In this document: piece after piece, positions 21,906 to 32,657 of the stretch | How the letters are laid out: the number at the start of each line of letters is the position of its first letter | Position numbering within the stretch: position 1 is the stretch's first letter | Assembly: GCA_963829775.1 (NCBI GenBank) | Contig: CAWHJY010000007.1 | Span: forward strand, 176,049-240,048 | Direction of reading: 5' to 3' | Source of the DNA: an uncultured beta proteobacterium | Lineage (GTDB): Bacteria; Pseudomonadota; Gammaproteobacteria; Burkholderiales; Casimicrobiaceae | DNA length: 64,000 nucleotides | Translations under genes and position numbers: made by a program | Notes under the pieces: generated by a model | What the model saw: only the letters and a program-made list of their open reading frames with translations | Told to the model about the DNA's origin: nothing | Database searches by the model: none

Positions 21906-24437
21906 TCACCCCAATTCACGACCCCGATTGCTGTCCGCCGCGCGCTCCAGCGCCTCGACCATCTTCGCTACGCGCGATTCCAGCGCCTCGGTGGTCAGCT
22001 TTTCGCGGAACATGTCGACCATCAGCGGAAAGCCGAAGGGCGTGGGGTGGGCGGGCCTGGTGACGACGGCGCGGCTGCGGCGCATCCGGTCCAGCGCAGC
22101 GGCAAGGCGCGCGGCTTCGAGCTGGCGCTCGAGCACCTCCCGCGAAGCCTGTGCCAGCAACCGGTTCTCCGGGTCGTATTCGGCGAAGACGTCGTAGAGC
22201 AGTCCGCTCGACGCCTGCAGTTGCCGCGACGACTGCCCCTGGCCGGGGTAGCCCTGGAAGACCAGCCCGGCGACACGCGCGATCTCGCGGAACTGGCGCC
22301 GGCCCATCTCCGCGGCGTTGATGCCCGCGAGGATGTCGCGCTCGACGCCGGGCGCCGCGAGCAGGCGCCCGAGCTCCCGCAACCCCAGTTCGACGGGGCT
22401 GGTCGACAGCAGCCCGAAGCCGTAGTCGTTGACGGTGAGGCTGAACGTCCGCGGCTCGAACTGCGCGAGCCGGTACGAGAACAGTGTCGCGAGCCCGAGG
22501 TGCGCGAGGCGTCCTTCGAAGGGATAGAAGAAGAGGTAGTGCCCGTCGCTGGACGTCACCCGCTCGATGAGCCATTCGCCGTCGCCGGGCAGCGCGGACC
22601 AGCGCCGCTGCAGTTCGAGCAGAGGCCGCACGAGCTCGAGTTCGGGCGATGCGTAGACGCCGCGCTTCGCCTGCGCGACCAGCGCGCGCGTGCGCTCGGC
22701 GAGCAGCGTCGACAGCGCCATCTTGCCGCCGCTCCATCGGGGCACCACCGCCGCGCGCGCCGGCGCCGGCCTCACCCAGGCGGTCATCTCGCGCACGCGG
22801 ACGAACTCCAGCACTCGTCCCGCGAACACGAAGCAGTCGCCCGCCGCCAGCCGCGCGACGAAGGATTCCTCGACGTGACCGAGCGCCTGCCCGTTGCGGA
22901 AGCGCACGGTGATGCTCGCCTCGGACACGATGGTGCCGATCTGCGTGCGGTGCCGGCGCGCGATCTGCGCATCGGGCACCCGCGCGATGCCGTCCTCGTC
23001 GAGCGTCACGCGCCGGTACTCGGGGTACGCGTTGAGGCTCCCGCCCCCGTGGACGACGAACGCCAGCGCCCAGCGCCACTCGTCGTCGGTCAGCGCGGCG
23101 TACGCGTGCGTGTCGCGCACCTCGGCCAGCAGTTCGTCGGGGCGAAACCCGGCCCCCAGCGCGCAGGTCACCAGGTGCTGCGTCAGCACGTCGAGCGGTC
23201 CCGCCAGGGGCGGCCGCGGCTCCAGCTTCCGCTCGGCCGCCGCCTCCCGTGCCGCCGCCGCCTCGATCAGCTCGAGCGCGTGCGTCGGCACGACGGTCAC
23301 CCGCGATATCTCGCCGGGCCGGTGCCCGCTGCGTCCGGCGCGCTGCAGCAGGCGCGCGACACCCTTCGGACTGCCGATCTGGATCACTTGGTCGACGGGC
23401 GCGAAGTCGACGCCGAGATCGAGACTGGACGTGCAGACCACGGCGCGCAGCCTCCCGTCGCGCAGGCCCGCCTCGACCCAGTCGCGCACCTCGCGTTCGA
23501 GCGAGCCGTGGTGCAGTGCGATCAGTCCCGCCCAGTCGGGTCGCGCGGCGAGCAGCGCCTGATACCAGATCTCCGTCTGCGAGCGCACGTTGGTGAAGAC
23601 CAGCGTGGAGCGCGCCCGCTCGATGGCCCGGATCACGTCCGGCAGCAGCCGCAGGCCGATGTGCCCGGCCCAGGGAAAGCGCTCGATGGTCTTCGGCCGC
23701 AGCGTGTCGATGACGACGGTCTTTGCGTCGAGTCCTTTCACCACGCGGCCGGCGGGCGCGCTGCGCGGGCCGAGCAGGCATGCCAGCGCCTCGTCCAGAT
23801 TGGCGAGCGTCGCCGAGAGCCCCCACACGCGCAGCCCGGCGCGGGCGCCGCGCAGCCGCGCGAGCGCCAGCTCGACCTGCACGCCGCGCTTGCTGGCCAG
23901 GAGCTCGTGCCACTCGTCGACCACGACGGTCGTCAGATGCGCGAACCGCTCGCGCCAGTCCGCGCGCGAGAGCAGCAGCGTCAGCGACTCGGGCGTGGTG
24001 ACCAGTGCCGTGGGCAGGCGCCGGTCCTGCCTGGCGCGCGCACCTGATGCCGTGTCGCCGGTGCGGACGTCGACGGTCCAGTGCGGCTGCAGCGCCGCAG
24101 CCGCACGCGCCAGTGCGAGTCCGGTGTCCGCGGCAAGCGCGCGCAGCGGCGTGATCCACAGCACCGCGAGCGGCGGCGGTGCGCCGGCCGCGCCGGGTTC
24201 GCCGAACGCGACGGGACCCAGCCACGCCGCCCAGGTCTTGCCCATGCCGGTCGGCGCGTGCACGAGCCCCGACTCGCCACGCGCCCACGCGGCCCAGACC
24301 TCTTCCTGAAACGGGAACGGAGCGATCCCCTGCGCGGCGAACCAGCTCCGCACCGGCGACAGTGCGTCCGGCCGGATCGGGTCGAGCGCGTGGGCGGGAG
24401 AGGGATCGGTCATCGAGTTCGCGCCGGGCGAGGCCAT
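21906..24437 (-). CDS. Ligase-associated DNA damage response DEXH-box helicase (Lhr-like)
   Basis: ~843 aa, in frame as the C-terminal half of ORF 21906-26552. FPFQEEVWAAWARGESGLVHAPTGMGKT (motif I), VVVDEWHELL (DExH), …TSSLDLGVDFAPVDQVIQIGSPKGVARLLQRAGRSGH (motif VI). Alternative start Met at 24413. Confidence 0.85.
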   Translation of the reverse strand: MASPGANSMTDPSPAHALDPIRPDALSPVRSWFAAQGIAPFPFQEEVWAAWARGESGLVHAPTGMGKTWAAWLGPVAFGEPGAAGAPPPLAVLWITPLRALAADTGLALARAAAALQPHWTVDVRTGDTASGARARQDRRLPTALVTTPESLTLLLSRADWRERFAHLTTVVVDEWHELLASKRGVQVELALARLRGARAGLRVWGLSATLANLDEALACLLGPRSAPAGRVVKGLDAKTVVIDTLRPKTIERFPWAGHIGLRLLPDVIRAIERARSTLVFTNVRSQTEIWYQALLAARPDWAGLIALHHGSLEREVRDWVEAGLRDGRLRAVVCTSSLDLGVDFAPVDQVIQIGSPKGVARLLQRAGRSGHRPGEISRVTVVPTHALELIEAAAAREAAAERKLEPRPPLAGPLDVLTQHLVTCALGAGFRPDELLAEVRDTHAYAALTDDEWRWALAFVVHGGGSLNAYPEYRRVTLDEDGIARVPDAQIARRHRTQIGTIVSEASITVRFRNGQALGHVEESFVARLAAGDCFVFAGRVLEFVRVREMTAWVRPAPARAAVVPRWSGGKMALSTLLAERTRALVAQAKRGVYASPELELVRPLLELQRRWSALPGDGEWLIERVTSSDGHYLFFYPFEGRLAHLGLATLFSYRLAQFEPRTFSLTVNDYGFGLLSTSPVELGLRELGRLLAAPGVERDILAGINAAEMGRRQFREIARVAGLVFQGYPGQGQSSRQLQASSGLLYDVFAEYDPENRLLAQASREVLERQLEAARLAAALDRMRRSRAVVTRPAHPTPFGFPLMVDMFREKLTTEALESRVAKMVEALERAADSNRGRELG

Positions 24438-24574
24438 CGTGACGATACCGTGCGCGGCGTCGACGCCGATGCACGCGCAGGAAACCGGGCGAATTCGCGC
24501 CGTGCCGCCGCCACCTCGGTCAGGCACTCGAACGGTCGCGGCGCCAAGGCGCGCCGGTCGCCCGGATGGCCGGT

Positions 24575-26859
24575 CTAGGGTGCCGGCCTGGCGAGGCCGA
24601 ACTGCCACAGCAGGAACGACCACCGGTCGGCGGTGCGCAGCTGTCCCTGCATGCGCGTGCCGCCCACGCCGTGGCCGCCGTCGTACTCGAGCCGCAGCAG
24701 CACGGGCCGGCCGCTCGCCGTGGCGGCCGCGAGCCGCGAGGCCGTCTTCAGCGTCATCCAGACGTCGACGCGGGTGTCGTTGACGCCGTGCTCGAACAAC
24801 GCGGCCGGATATTTGACACCGTCGCGGATCGAGGCGTACGGACTCATCTCCAGCAGCGCCCGGAACTCGTCCTCGCGCTTGACGGTGCCGTACTCGGGCA
24901 CGTTGGCGACCCCGTTCGCGCGCGTCTCCGACCGCACCAGATCGGTGTTGCCGACCGAGACGACCGCCGCGGCAAAGAGGTCCGGCCGCGCCGTCATCGC
25001 CCGGCCGACGAAGATGCCGCCGGCGCTGCCGCCCATCACCGCGAGCTTGCCTGCGGACGTGTAGCCCTGGGCGATCAGCCACTCCGCCACCGCGATGCCG
25101 TCCTTCCACGTATTCGGCTTGGTCGTCTTCTGTCCGGCCCGATGCCACGCGTCGCCGAAGACACCGCCTCCGCGCACGTGCGCGATGACGAACACCCCGC
25201 CGCGCTCCAGCCACGCGAGCAGCCGCGGGCTCCAGCCAGGGTCCTCGGTCGCACCGTACGCGCCGTAGCCGTAGAGGATGGTCGGGTTGCCGCCGTCGAG
25301 CCGGGTGTCGGCGCGCATGATGATCGACGCCGGCACCTCGACGCCGTCGTGGCTCCTGACCCGGATTTCGCGCGCGACCAGGCCTTCCGGCGCGTCGAAC
25401 TTGCCCGCGGGCTCGAACGGCAGCAGCGCGACCTTCGCCGCCGCCGGATCGTAGACATGGTACTTGGCCGAGCGGATCCAGCTGCCGAGTTCGAACACCG
25501 CGCCATCCTGGCGGGCGTCGGTGAAGCCCAGGTCGACGTGACCGGCGAACGGCAGCGCCACCGCCGCGGGCTCGAAGGCCTTGGCGTGCGGCACGCGCAG
25601 CAGCCGCGTCAGCGGACCCTGTCGCTGCGTGACGTACAGCGCGTCCTTGGCGGCGCCGATCTCGACGACCACGTCGTCGCCGGCGGGGATCACCGTCTCG
25701 GCGAGGCCGAGGTCGAGCGCGGAAAGCGGCACGCGCAGGATCTTGAAACGCGGCGCGTCGGCCGATGTCTTCAAATACAGCCAGCCGCCGGCCGCCGTCG
25801 CGCCGACGATCTTCGCGTCCTCGCCGAACACGCGCCTCCACTGCGCCTTGCCGTCGAGCACCGCGGCGAGTTCGGCGACGTAAAGTGACAATTCGCGCTT
25901 GACGCCGTCGGCCACTGCCGCGGCGGCGAGCCTGGTGCCCTTGAGCGGGAAGACGTCGCCGCTCGCCGTGCGCGGAATCACGACCGCCGGGTCGACTCCG
26001 GGGCCGAACACCGCGCGGTCGGCCGCGGTCGCCCCCAGCGCGTGGAAATAGGTGATGTTGTCGAGGAAGCGCTCGGTGGCCGGAACGCTCGCCCAGTCCT
26101 TGCGCAACCGCGTGTAGAAGAAGCCGCTGCCGTCCTCCAGCCACGTCACGTCGCCGCTGCCGCGGATGCCTTCGATCGGCGCCTCGACTTCCTTGCCGGT
26201 CGCGGCATCGAGCACCTGCAGCGACCCGATCTCGGTGCCGCCGGCAGAAATCGAATACGCAACTCGCTTGCCGTCCGGCGACACCGCGTAGCCGCCGATC
26301 GCGTGCGGCTTGCCGGTTGCCTTCTGCAGCGCGTCGGGGTCGACCAGCACGACGTCCTCGCCGGTCGGGCGTGTCGCGGCGCACCAGCTTGAACTGGTTC
26401 TCGCCCGGCGTTGCGCCGCAGGAAGAACCACCGACCGGACGACGTGCGTTCGACGCTGCGCACGACCGTCGGCACCGCGTCGTCGATCTCGGCGAGCCGC
26501 GCGCGCAACTCGGCGCGCACCGGCAGCCGGGCGAGGATCGCCTCGGTGGCATCGGCCTGCGTCTTCATCCACGCCTGCACCGCCGGATCCCTGGTGTCCT
26601 CGAGGAACCGGTACGGATCGTCGACCGGCGTGTTCCAGTACGTGTCGACGACGTTGTTCGCCGGCAGCGGCGGCGGCACGTCGACGCCGAGGAACGATGC
26701 CGCGAAGGCGAGCGGCGCGACCAGCGCGCCGGCCGCGGCGACCGCGAAACGGCGCAGCCGCCGGGCACGGGCGCCATCGTGCGAAGGTCCGGCCGCGCCT
26801 CGACCGGCGCCGGCGGCAGGACGGGAAATGCAGACGGGGGCTGAAGACGCGATCGACAT
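24575..26859 (-). CDS. Prolyl oligopeptidase (S9A family), secreted; two 1-nt indels near 26365 and 26405
   Basis: N-terminus MSIASS…signal…NNVVDTYWNTPVDDPYRFLED…RWFFLRRNAG (frame of ORF 26146-27291). ENQFKLVRRDTPD is in a second frame. GEDVVLVDPDALQK…GGSAGGIF…HGVNDTRV (Ser/Asp/His) is in the frame of ORF 24575-26890. Confidence 0.8.
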
Positions 26860-26891
26860 GGGGAATCCGCGAAATGGAGCAGCCGCGCATT

Positions 26892-29800
26892 CTAGCGCGG
26901 CTGCAGGGGTTGGGCTGCGGGCGGTCGAGCGGGTGCCGCGCGATTCGGGCCTTCGTTCAGGCGGCGATCCCCGCCGGTCGTCCCGGCCGGCGCCGGCGCG
27001 CGCGGCGCCCGGAATCGCGCCAGCAGCGCGGCTTCCTTCTCCTTCGCCGCCTTCACGTGCCGCTCCTTGACGTGACCGTAGCCGCGGATGTGCTCGGGGA
27101 CCTGCGCGATCTCGACGGCGAGCGCGTGGTTGTCCGGCCGCAGGCTGGCGACGAGTTCGCCGACCGTCGTCTCGTACTCGACGATCAGCGCGCGCTCCAT
27201 CCTGCGCTCGGCGGTCCGGCCGAAGAGGTCCAACGCGCCGCCGCGGAACCGGCGCAGCTTCGCCAGCGTGCGGAACGCGCCCATCATCCACGGGCCGAAG
27301 GTCATCTTTCGCGGCACGCCGGTGACGGGATCGGGCTTCGACAGCAGCGGCGGGGCGAGGTTGAAGGTGAGCTTGTAGTCGCCCTCGAACTGCGCCGCGA
27401 CGCGTGCGGCGAAGTCGGTCTCGGCGTACAGCCGCGCGACCTCGTACTCGTCCTTGATCGCGCGCAGCTTGAAGTCGTGCGGGCGATCGCCTCAGTCAGT
27501 TCGGTGATGCCGGGCATCGCCCTGGCTTCGGCCTCGCGGACGCGTGCGACGAGGTCGCTGTAAGCCCTGGCGTACGCGGCGTCCTGGTAGGCCGTGAGAA
27601 ATTCGACGCGGCGCGCGACGATCTCGTCGACCGTCGCCGACAGTCGCTGCGACTCGGGCTTGGACTGCGGAATCGCCGCGGCGGTGACGCGGGCGGGATC
27701 GACGGCGGCGAGTCGCCCCCACCGGAAGCTCTGCTTGTTCGACTCGATCGCCGCGCCGTTGAGCTCGATGGCGCGCAGGATCGACGCCTCGGACAGCGGC
27801 AGCAGGCCGCGCTGGTACGCGTAGCCCACCATGAACAGGTTGGTCGCGATGGAGTCGCCCATGAGCCCGGTCGCCAGCTTCGACGCGTCTAGGAACTCGG
27901 CGTCGCCCGGCGCGACGGCGTCCTTGATCTCCTGCTCCATCGAGCCCAGCGGGAACCTGAGATCGGGCTCCCGCGTGAACTGGGCAGGCATCACCAGGCC
28001 GGTGTTGACCAGCGCCCGGGTGACGCCCTTCTGCATCTTCGCGAGCGCTTCGTAACCCGCGCCGGTGACGATGTCGCACGCGAGTATCAGCTTCGCCTCG
28101 CCGGCGGCAATCCGGGTGGCGTGCAGCGCCTCGGGGTCGTCGGCGATCCGGACGTGCGAGACGACCGCGCCGTTCTTCTGCGCGAGGCCGGTCATGTCGA
28201 GCACCGAGCACCCTTTGTTCTCGAGGTGCGCCGCCATGCCCAGCAGCGCGCCGATGGTGACGACGCCGGTGCCGCCGATGCCGGTGACGAGGATGCCATA
28301 GGGTGCCGCGGACGACGCCACCGCGACCGGTTCCGGCAGGTCGGGCAGGCTGGCGGCCTCGGCCTTCTTCGGCTTCCGCAGCGCGCCGCCCTCGACGACG
28401 ACGAAGCTCGGGCAGAACCCGCGGACGCACGAGAAGTCCTTGTTGCAGGAGCTCTGGTCGATCGTCCGCTTGCGGCCGAATTCGGTCTCCACCGGGGCCA
28501 CCGACACGCAGTTCGACTGCACGCCGCAGTCGCCGCAGCCTTCGCAGACCAGCTCGTTGATGACGACGCGCCTGGCCGGGTCCGGGTACTTGCCGCGCTT
28601 CCTCCGCCGGCGCTTTTCCGCGGCGCAGGTCTGGTCGTAGAGCAGGATCGTGCAGCCGGACGTCTCGCGCAGGACGCGCTGGACGGCGTCGAGTTCCTCG
28701 CGCGGGTGGATCGCGATGTCGGGGGAGAAGTAGCCGGGGGGGTACTTGTCCGGCTCGTCGCTGACGACGACGATCTTCGTGACGCCCTCGGCCGCCGTCT
28801 GGCGCGCGATGTCCTGCGGCGAGATCGGCCCGTCGACCGGCTGGCCACCGGTCATCGCGACCGCGTCGTTGTAGAGGATCTTGTAGGTGATGTTGACGCC
28901 GGCGGCGACCGCGGCGCGGATCGCGAGCAGCCCGCTGTGATAGTAGGTGCCGTCCCCGAGGTTCGCGAAGATGTGCTTCTCGCTGGTGAAAGGCGCCTGG
29001 CCGATCCACGGCACGCCCTCGGCGCCCATGTGCGTGTAGGTGGAGGTCCTGCGGTCCATCCAGATCGCCATCACGTGGCAGCCGATGCCGGCGGTGGCGC
29101 GGCTGCCCTCGGGGACGACCGTCGACGTGTTGTGCGGGCACCCCGAGCAGAAGTAGGGCAGGCGGGCAAGGCTGATCTTCGGCCTGGCGAGCGCCGCTTC
29201 CTTGGCATTGATCCAGTCGACCCGCTGGCGGATCTTCTCGATGACGCGCGGCAGCAGCTCGAGGCGCTCGATGCGCTGCGCGATGACGCGGGCGATCATC
29301 GCCGGCGTGAGCTCGGACGCGGCGGGCAGCAGCCAGTCGCCGTGCGGTCGCGTCCACTCGCCCTTTTCGTCGAACTTGCCGACGACGCGCGGGCGCACGT
29401 CGTCGCGCCAGTTGTAGAGCTGCTCCTTCAGCTGGTACTCGACGACCTGGCGCTTTTCCTCGACGACGAGGATCTCGGTCAGGCCCTCGGCGAACTGGCG
29501 GACGCCTTCCGGCTCGAGCGGCCAGGGCATCGCCACCTTGAACACGCGGATGCCGATGTCGGCGCATTCCTGCTCGGTGAGGCCGAGGTCGGCGAGCGCC
29601 TGGCGGACATCGGTGTAGCTCTTGCCGCTGGTGATGATGCCCAGCCGCGGCCGCGGGCTGTCGATGACGATGCGGTTGAGGCCGTTGACGCGGGCGTAGT
29701 GCAGCGCCGCGTAGATCTTGTAGTCCTGCATCCGCGCCTCGGTCGCGAGGAAGGCGTCGGGCCAGCGGATGGACAGGCCGTCGGGCGGCAGCGGGAAATC

Positions 29801-30490
29801 GTCCGGCACGACGATGCGCGTCCGGGCAGGGTCGACGGCGACCGAGGCGGAGCTCTCGACGGTGTCGGACACGCACTTGAAGCCGACCCAGAGGCCGGAG
29901 TAGCGGCTCATCGCCCACCCGTGGAGCCCGAGATCGAGGATTTCCTGGACGCTCGACGGGTACAGCACCGGCATCATCGCCGCCGAGAACTGGTGATCCG
30001 ACTGGTGCGGCAGCGTCGACGACTTCGCCGCGTGGTCGTCGCCGGCCAGGACCAGCACGCCGCCGTGCTTCGACGTGCCGGCGAAATTGGCGTGCTTGAA
30101 CACGTCGCCGCAGCGATCCACACCCGGGCCCTTGCCGTACCACATCGCGAAGACGCCGTCGTACTTCGCGCCGGGGAACATGTTGACCTGCTGCGATCCC
30201 CAGATCGACGTCGCTGCGAGGTCCTCGTTCAGGCCCGGGTGAAAGCGGATGTGCTCGCGCTCGAGGAACTTCGCGGCCTTCCACAGCGACTGGTCGACGC
30301 CACCCAGCGGCGATCCGCGGTAGCCCGAAACGAAGCCGGCGGTGTTGAGCCCGGCCAGCGAGTCGCGTTGGCGCTGGAGCATCAGCAGCCGCACCAGGGC
30401 CTGGGCGCCGGTCAGGAAGACGCGACCCGAAGCCAGCTGATACTTGTCGTCGAGGTCGACCGCGCGAAGTGCGGGGACGGCAGGGGTCAT
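26892..30490 (-). CDS. Indolepyruvate:ferredoxin oxidoreductase, fused IorA/IorB-type (~1200 aa); 1-nt frameshift near 27478
   Basis: MTPAVPALRAVDLDDKYQLASGRVFLTGAQALV…TPP-binding…CxxCxxCxxxCP ferredoxin motifs (CEGCGDCGVQSNC)…ELTEAIAR in the frame of ORF 27302-30628. HDFKLRAIKDEYEVARLYAETDFAARVAAQFEGDYKLTFNLAPPLLSKPDPVTGVPRKMTFGPWMMGAFR… (ORF 26892-27317) continues in the -1 frame. Confidence 0.85.
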
Positions 30491-30636
30491 CGGGGAACTC
30501 CGCAAAATTTTGTTTTGGGTCGCCGCAGGAACCGAATGGGTTCCGGTGAGCCTCGGGCAGTCGCTCGTGGCGACGCCCGAATTGGGCGCGGAGTTTACGC
30601 GGTGGGCCGCCGTTCGTCCACGCATCAACCCGGATT

Positions 30637-30659
30637 GGGGTCAGGTCGAATTTTGGGCA
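30637..30659 (+). repeat. REP-like dispersed repeat, copy C (GGGGTCAGGTCGAATTTTGGGCA)
   Basis: Exact 23-mer match to copy A. Sits in the 325-bp region between the RHH gene and the Ior gene. Confidence 0.7.
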
Positions 30660-30814
30660 AGCATGACCCTTCGGCGCGCATGGGCACGATGCATCCAATA
30701 CTCTCGCCTTCGGGGCCGCAGCGCCATCGACCGTTTGGCTGAATGCCAAGAGGGTTCGGAGGGCGACAATCCATGATGCGACTTCCGCCGAGATCCCGCA
30801 GGATGCGCGCTGAC

Positions 30815-30852
30815 CTAAATTTGACCTGACCCCGAATTGTCTGAATTGTTGC
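30815..30852 (-). repeat. REP-like dispersed repeat, copy D (inverted relative to C), with tandem GAATTGT units
   Basis: Reverse complement reads CAATTCGGGGTCAGGTCAAATTTAGGTCA. It encodes the last residues (…NSGSGQI*) and the TAG stop of the RHH gene. The C/D inverted pair brackets ~155 bp of non-coding DNA. Confidence 0.65.
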
Positions 30853-31012
30853 CCGGCGGAGGCTTGGACGCGACGCCGCGCCGGGCCAGCGAGTCGCGCA
30901 GCAGGAACTCGATCTGCGCGTTGACGCTGCGCAGCTCGGTCTGCGCAAGGCGTTCGAGTTGCGCCCAGACGGCAGGGTCGAGCCGCAGCAGGAAGGCCTT
31001 GCGCTCGGCCAT
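30815..31012 (-). CDS. Arc-family ribbon-helix-helix DNA-binding protein (65 aa)
   Basis: MAERKAFLLRLDPAVWAQLERLAQTELRSVNAQIEFLLRDSLARRG… matches the Arc-like RHH family pattern (xFLLRLPxxLHxxLxxxAxxExRSLNAxIEyLLRxAL). Start at an internal Met of ORF 30815-31309. Confidence 0.7.
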   Translation of the reverse strand: MAERKAFLLRLDPAVWAQLERLAQTELRSVNAQIEFLLRDSLARRGVASKPPPGNNSDNSGSGQI

Positions 31013-31518
31013 CAGTGGCGGCCGGGCGGGCGACGGAAGCGCAGCGCCAGCGCGATCAGCAGCAACGCGATGCCGAGGAGGAACAGCGCCAGCAGCCAGA
31101 AGAAGCCCTGCTGCGGCAGCACCGGCGGAGTGACCTCGTTGGCGGCGACGATCAGGAGGTGCAGGCCGACCAGGAAAGCTGCCGTCAGCATGGAGAAGCC
31201 GGCGCCGAATCCGGCGAGCGACGCGAGGGCCGCCGGACGCGCAGGACCTGCCATCCACTGCTCGCGATAGGGAATGTTGACCAACCGCGGTGCGAAGCCC
31301 GGCAACCACACCATCGACAGCAGCAGCGCCAGCGGCAGTCCCACGACCATCGCCAGCATGAACAGCACGTAGCCGTCGCGGCTCATCCAGCCGTTGGCGC
31401 GCCCGGCGGCCCCGAAATGCGTGGCGACCGGGTCCGGCAGTCCCGCCGACGTGGCCACGATCGCCACGGCCGCGACGACGACGAGGAAGATGGTTGCGAA
31501 CAGCGAGACGCGTTGCAT
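31012..31518 (-). CDS. Integral membrane protein (DUF1648/SdpI-like, 4 predicted TM helices)
   Basis: 168 aa, MQRVSLFATIFLVVVAAVAIVATSAGLPDPVATHFGAAGRANGWMSRDGYVLFMLAMVVGLPLALLL… Stop overlaps the start of the downstream RHH gene. The family call is tentative. Confidence 0.45.
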   Translation of the reverse strand: MQRVSLFATIFLVVVAAVAIVATSAGLPDPVATHFGAAGRANGWMSRDGYVLFMLAMVVGLPLALLLSMVWLPGFAPRLVNIPYREQWMAGPARPAALASLAGFGAGFSMLTAAFLVGLHLLIVAANEVTPPVLPQQGFFWLLALFLLGIALLLIALALRFRRPPGRH

Positions 31519-31537
31519 GGCCGACCGCCTTTCCGGC

Positions 31538-32464
31538 TCATCCGTTGTAGAGGGTGCCCGTGTTGATCACCGGCTGCACCTCGCCCTCCGCGCAGAGCAC
31601 GGTCATCAGGTTGGACACCATGGCCGCCTTGCGCTCGTCGTCGAGCTCGACGACCTTCTTCGCCGAGAGTTCGGACAGCGCCATCTGCACCATCGACACC
31701 GCGCCGTGGACGATCTTCTGCCGCGCGGCGATGATCGCCTCGGCCTGCTGCCGGCGCAGCATCACCTGGGCGATCTCCGGAGCGTAGGCGAGGTGGGTGA
31801 GCCGCGCTTCCTCGACCACGACCCCGGCCTGTTCCAGCCGCGCCTGCAGCTCGCGGACCAGCGCCTTGGCGACGATGTCGGCGCCGCCCAGCAGCGTCGG
31901 CTCGCGCCCGTCGCCGAGCGTCTCGTCGTCGTCGTAGGCGAAGTTGGACGCGAGGTGCCGCACGGCGGCCTCGCTCTGGACCTTGACGAAGTTCTCGTAG
32001 TCGTCGACGTCGAATGCCGCCTTGGCCGTGTCCTCGACATGCCAGACGACGACCGCGGCGATCTCGATCGGGTTGCCGCGCTTGTCGTTGACCTTGAGCC
32101 GCTCGCCGTTGAGGTTGCGCGCCCGCAGCGACAGCTTCCTGCGGGTGTAGAAGGGGTTGGTCGCCCGCAGACCCGGAACGCGGGTGGTGCCGCGATAGGC
32201 GCCGAACAGCTGCAGGATCGCCGCCTCGTTGGGCTGCAGCGTGTACAGCCCGGCGAGGACGAACATGCCCGCCGCCGCCGCGACGCCGGCGCCGACGAAC
32301 GACCAGGGCGAGAACGGCCGGCCCGCGCCGATCGTCGACCACAGCTGCCACGCCGCCACCCCGATCAGCGCGAGGCCGACGAACAGGACGAGGAACCCGT
32401 TCCACGTCCCGATCGGCGCCTCGTCGTGGGTCCCCTGGAGGCTGATTGCCGCATTGCGAGCCAT
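31538..32464 (-). CDS. SPFH/band-7 (stomatin/HflC-like) domain protein
   Basis: 308 aa. N-terminal TM helix, then …LQPNEAAILQLFGAYRGTTRVPGLRATNPFYTRRKLSLRARNLNGERLKVNDKRGNPIEIAAVVVWHVEDTAKAAFDVDDYENFVKVQSEAAVRHLAS… SPFH fold signature. Confidence 0.8.
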   Translation of the reverse strand: MARNAAISLQGTHDEAPIGTWNGFLVLFVGLALIGVAAWQLWSTIGAGRPFSPWSFVGAGVAAAAGMFVLAGLYTLQPNEAAILQLFGAYRGTTRVPGLRATNPFYTRRKLSLRARNLNGERLKVNDKRGNPIEIAAVVVWHVEDTAKAAFDVDDYENFVKVQSEAAVRHLASNFAYDDDETLGDGREPTLLGGADIVAKALVRELQARLEQAGVVVEEARLTHLAYAPEIAQVMLRRQQAEAIIAARQKIVHGAVSMVQMALSELSAKKVVELDDERKAAMVSNLMTVLCAEGEVQPVINTGTLYNG

Positions 32465-32657
32465 CTGGATCTCCTCGTTCTTCGCCCCCTTCCCGGGGTC
32501 GCAGCGCGACGCCGGAGGAGGTATAGCGAAATGATATCACCACAATATCTATGGCTGTCAATCCACCCGACGACGGAACCGACGAACGGTCTCCATGCGA
32601 AAGTAATATTTAAGCAATAACAATAGGATGAATGTCATTTACGCACAAAACACCTTA

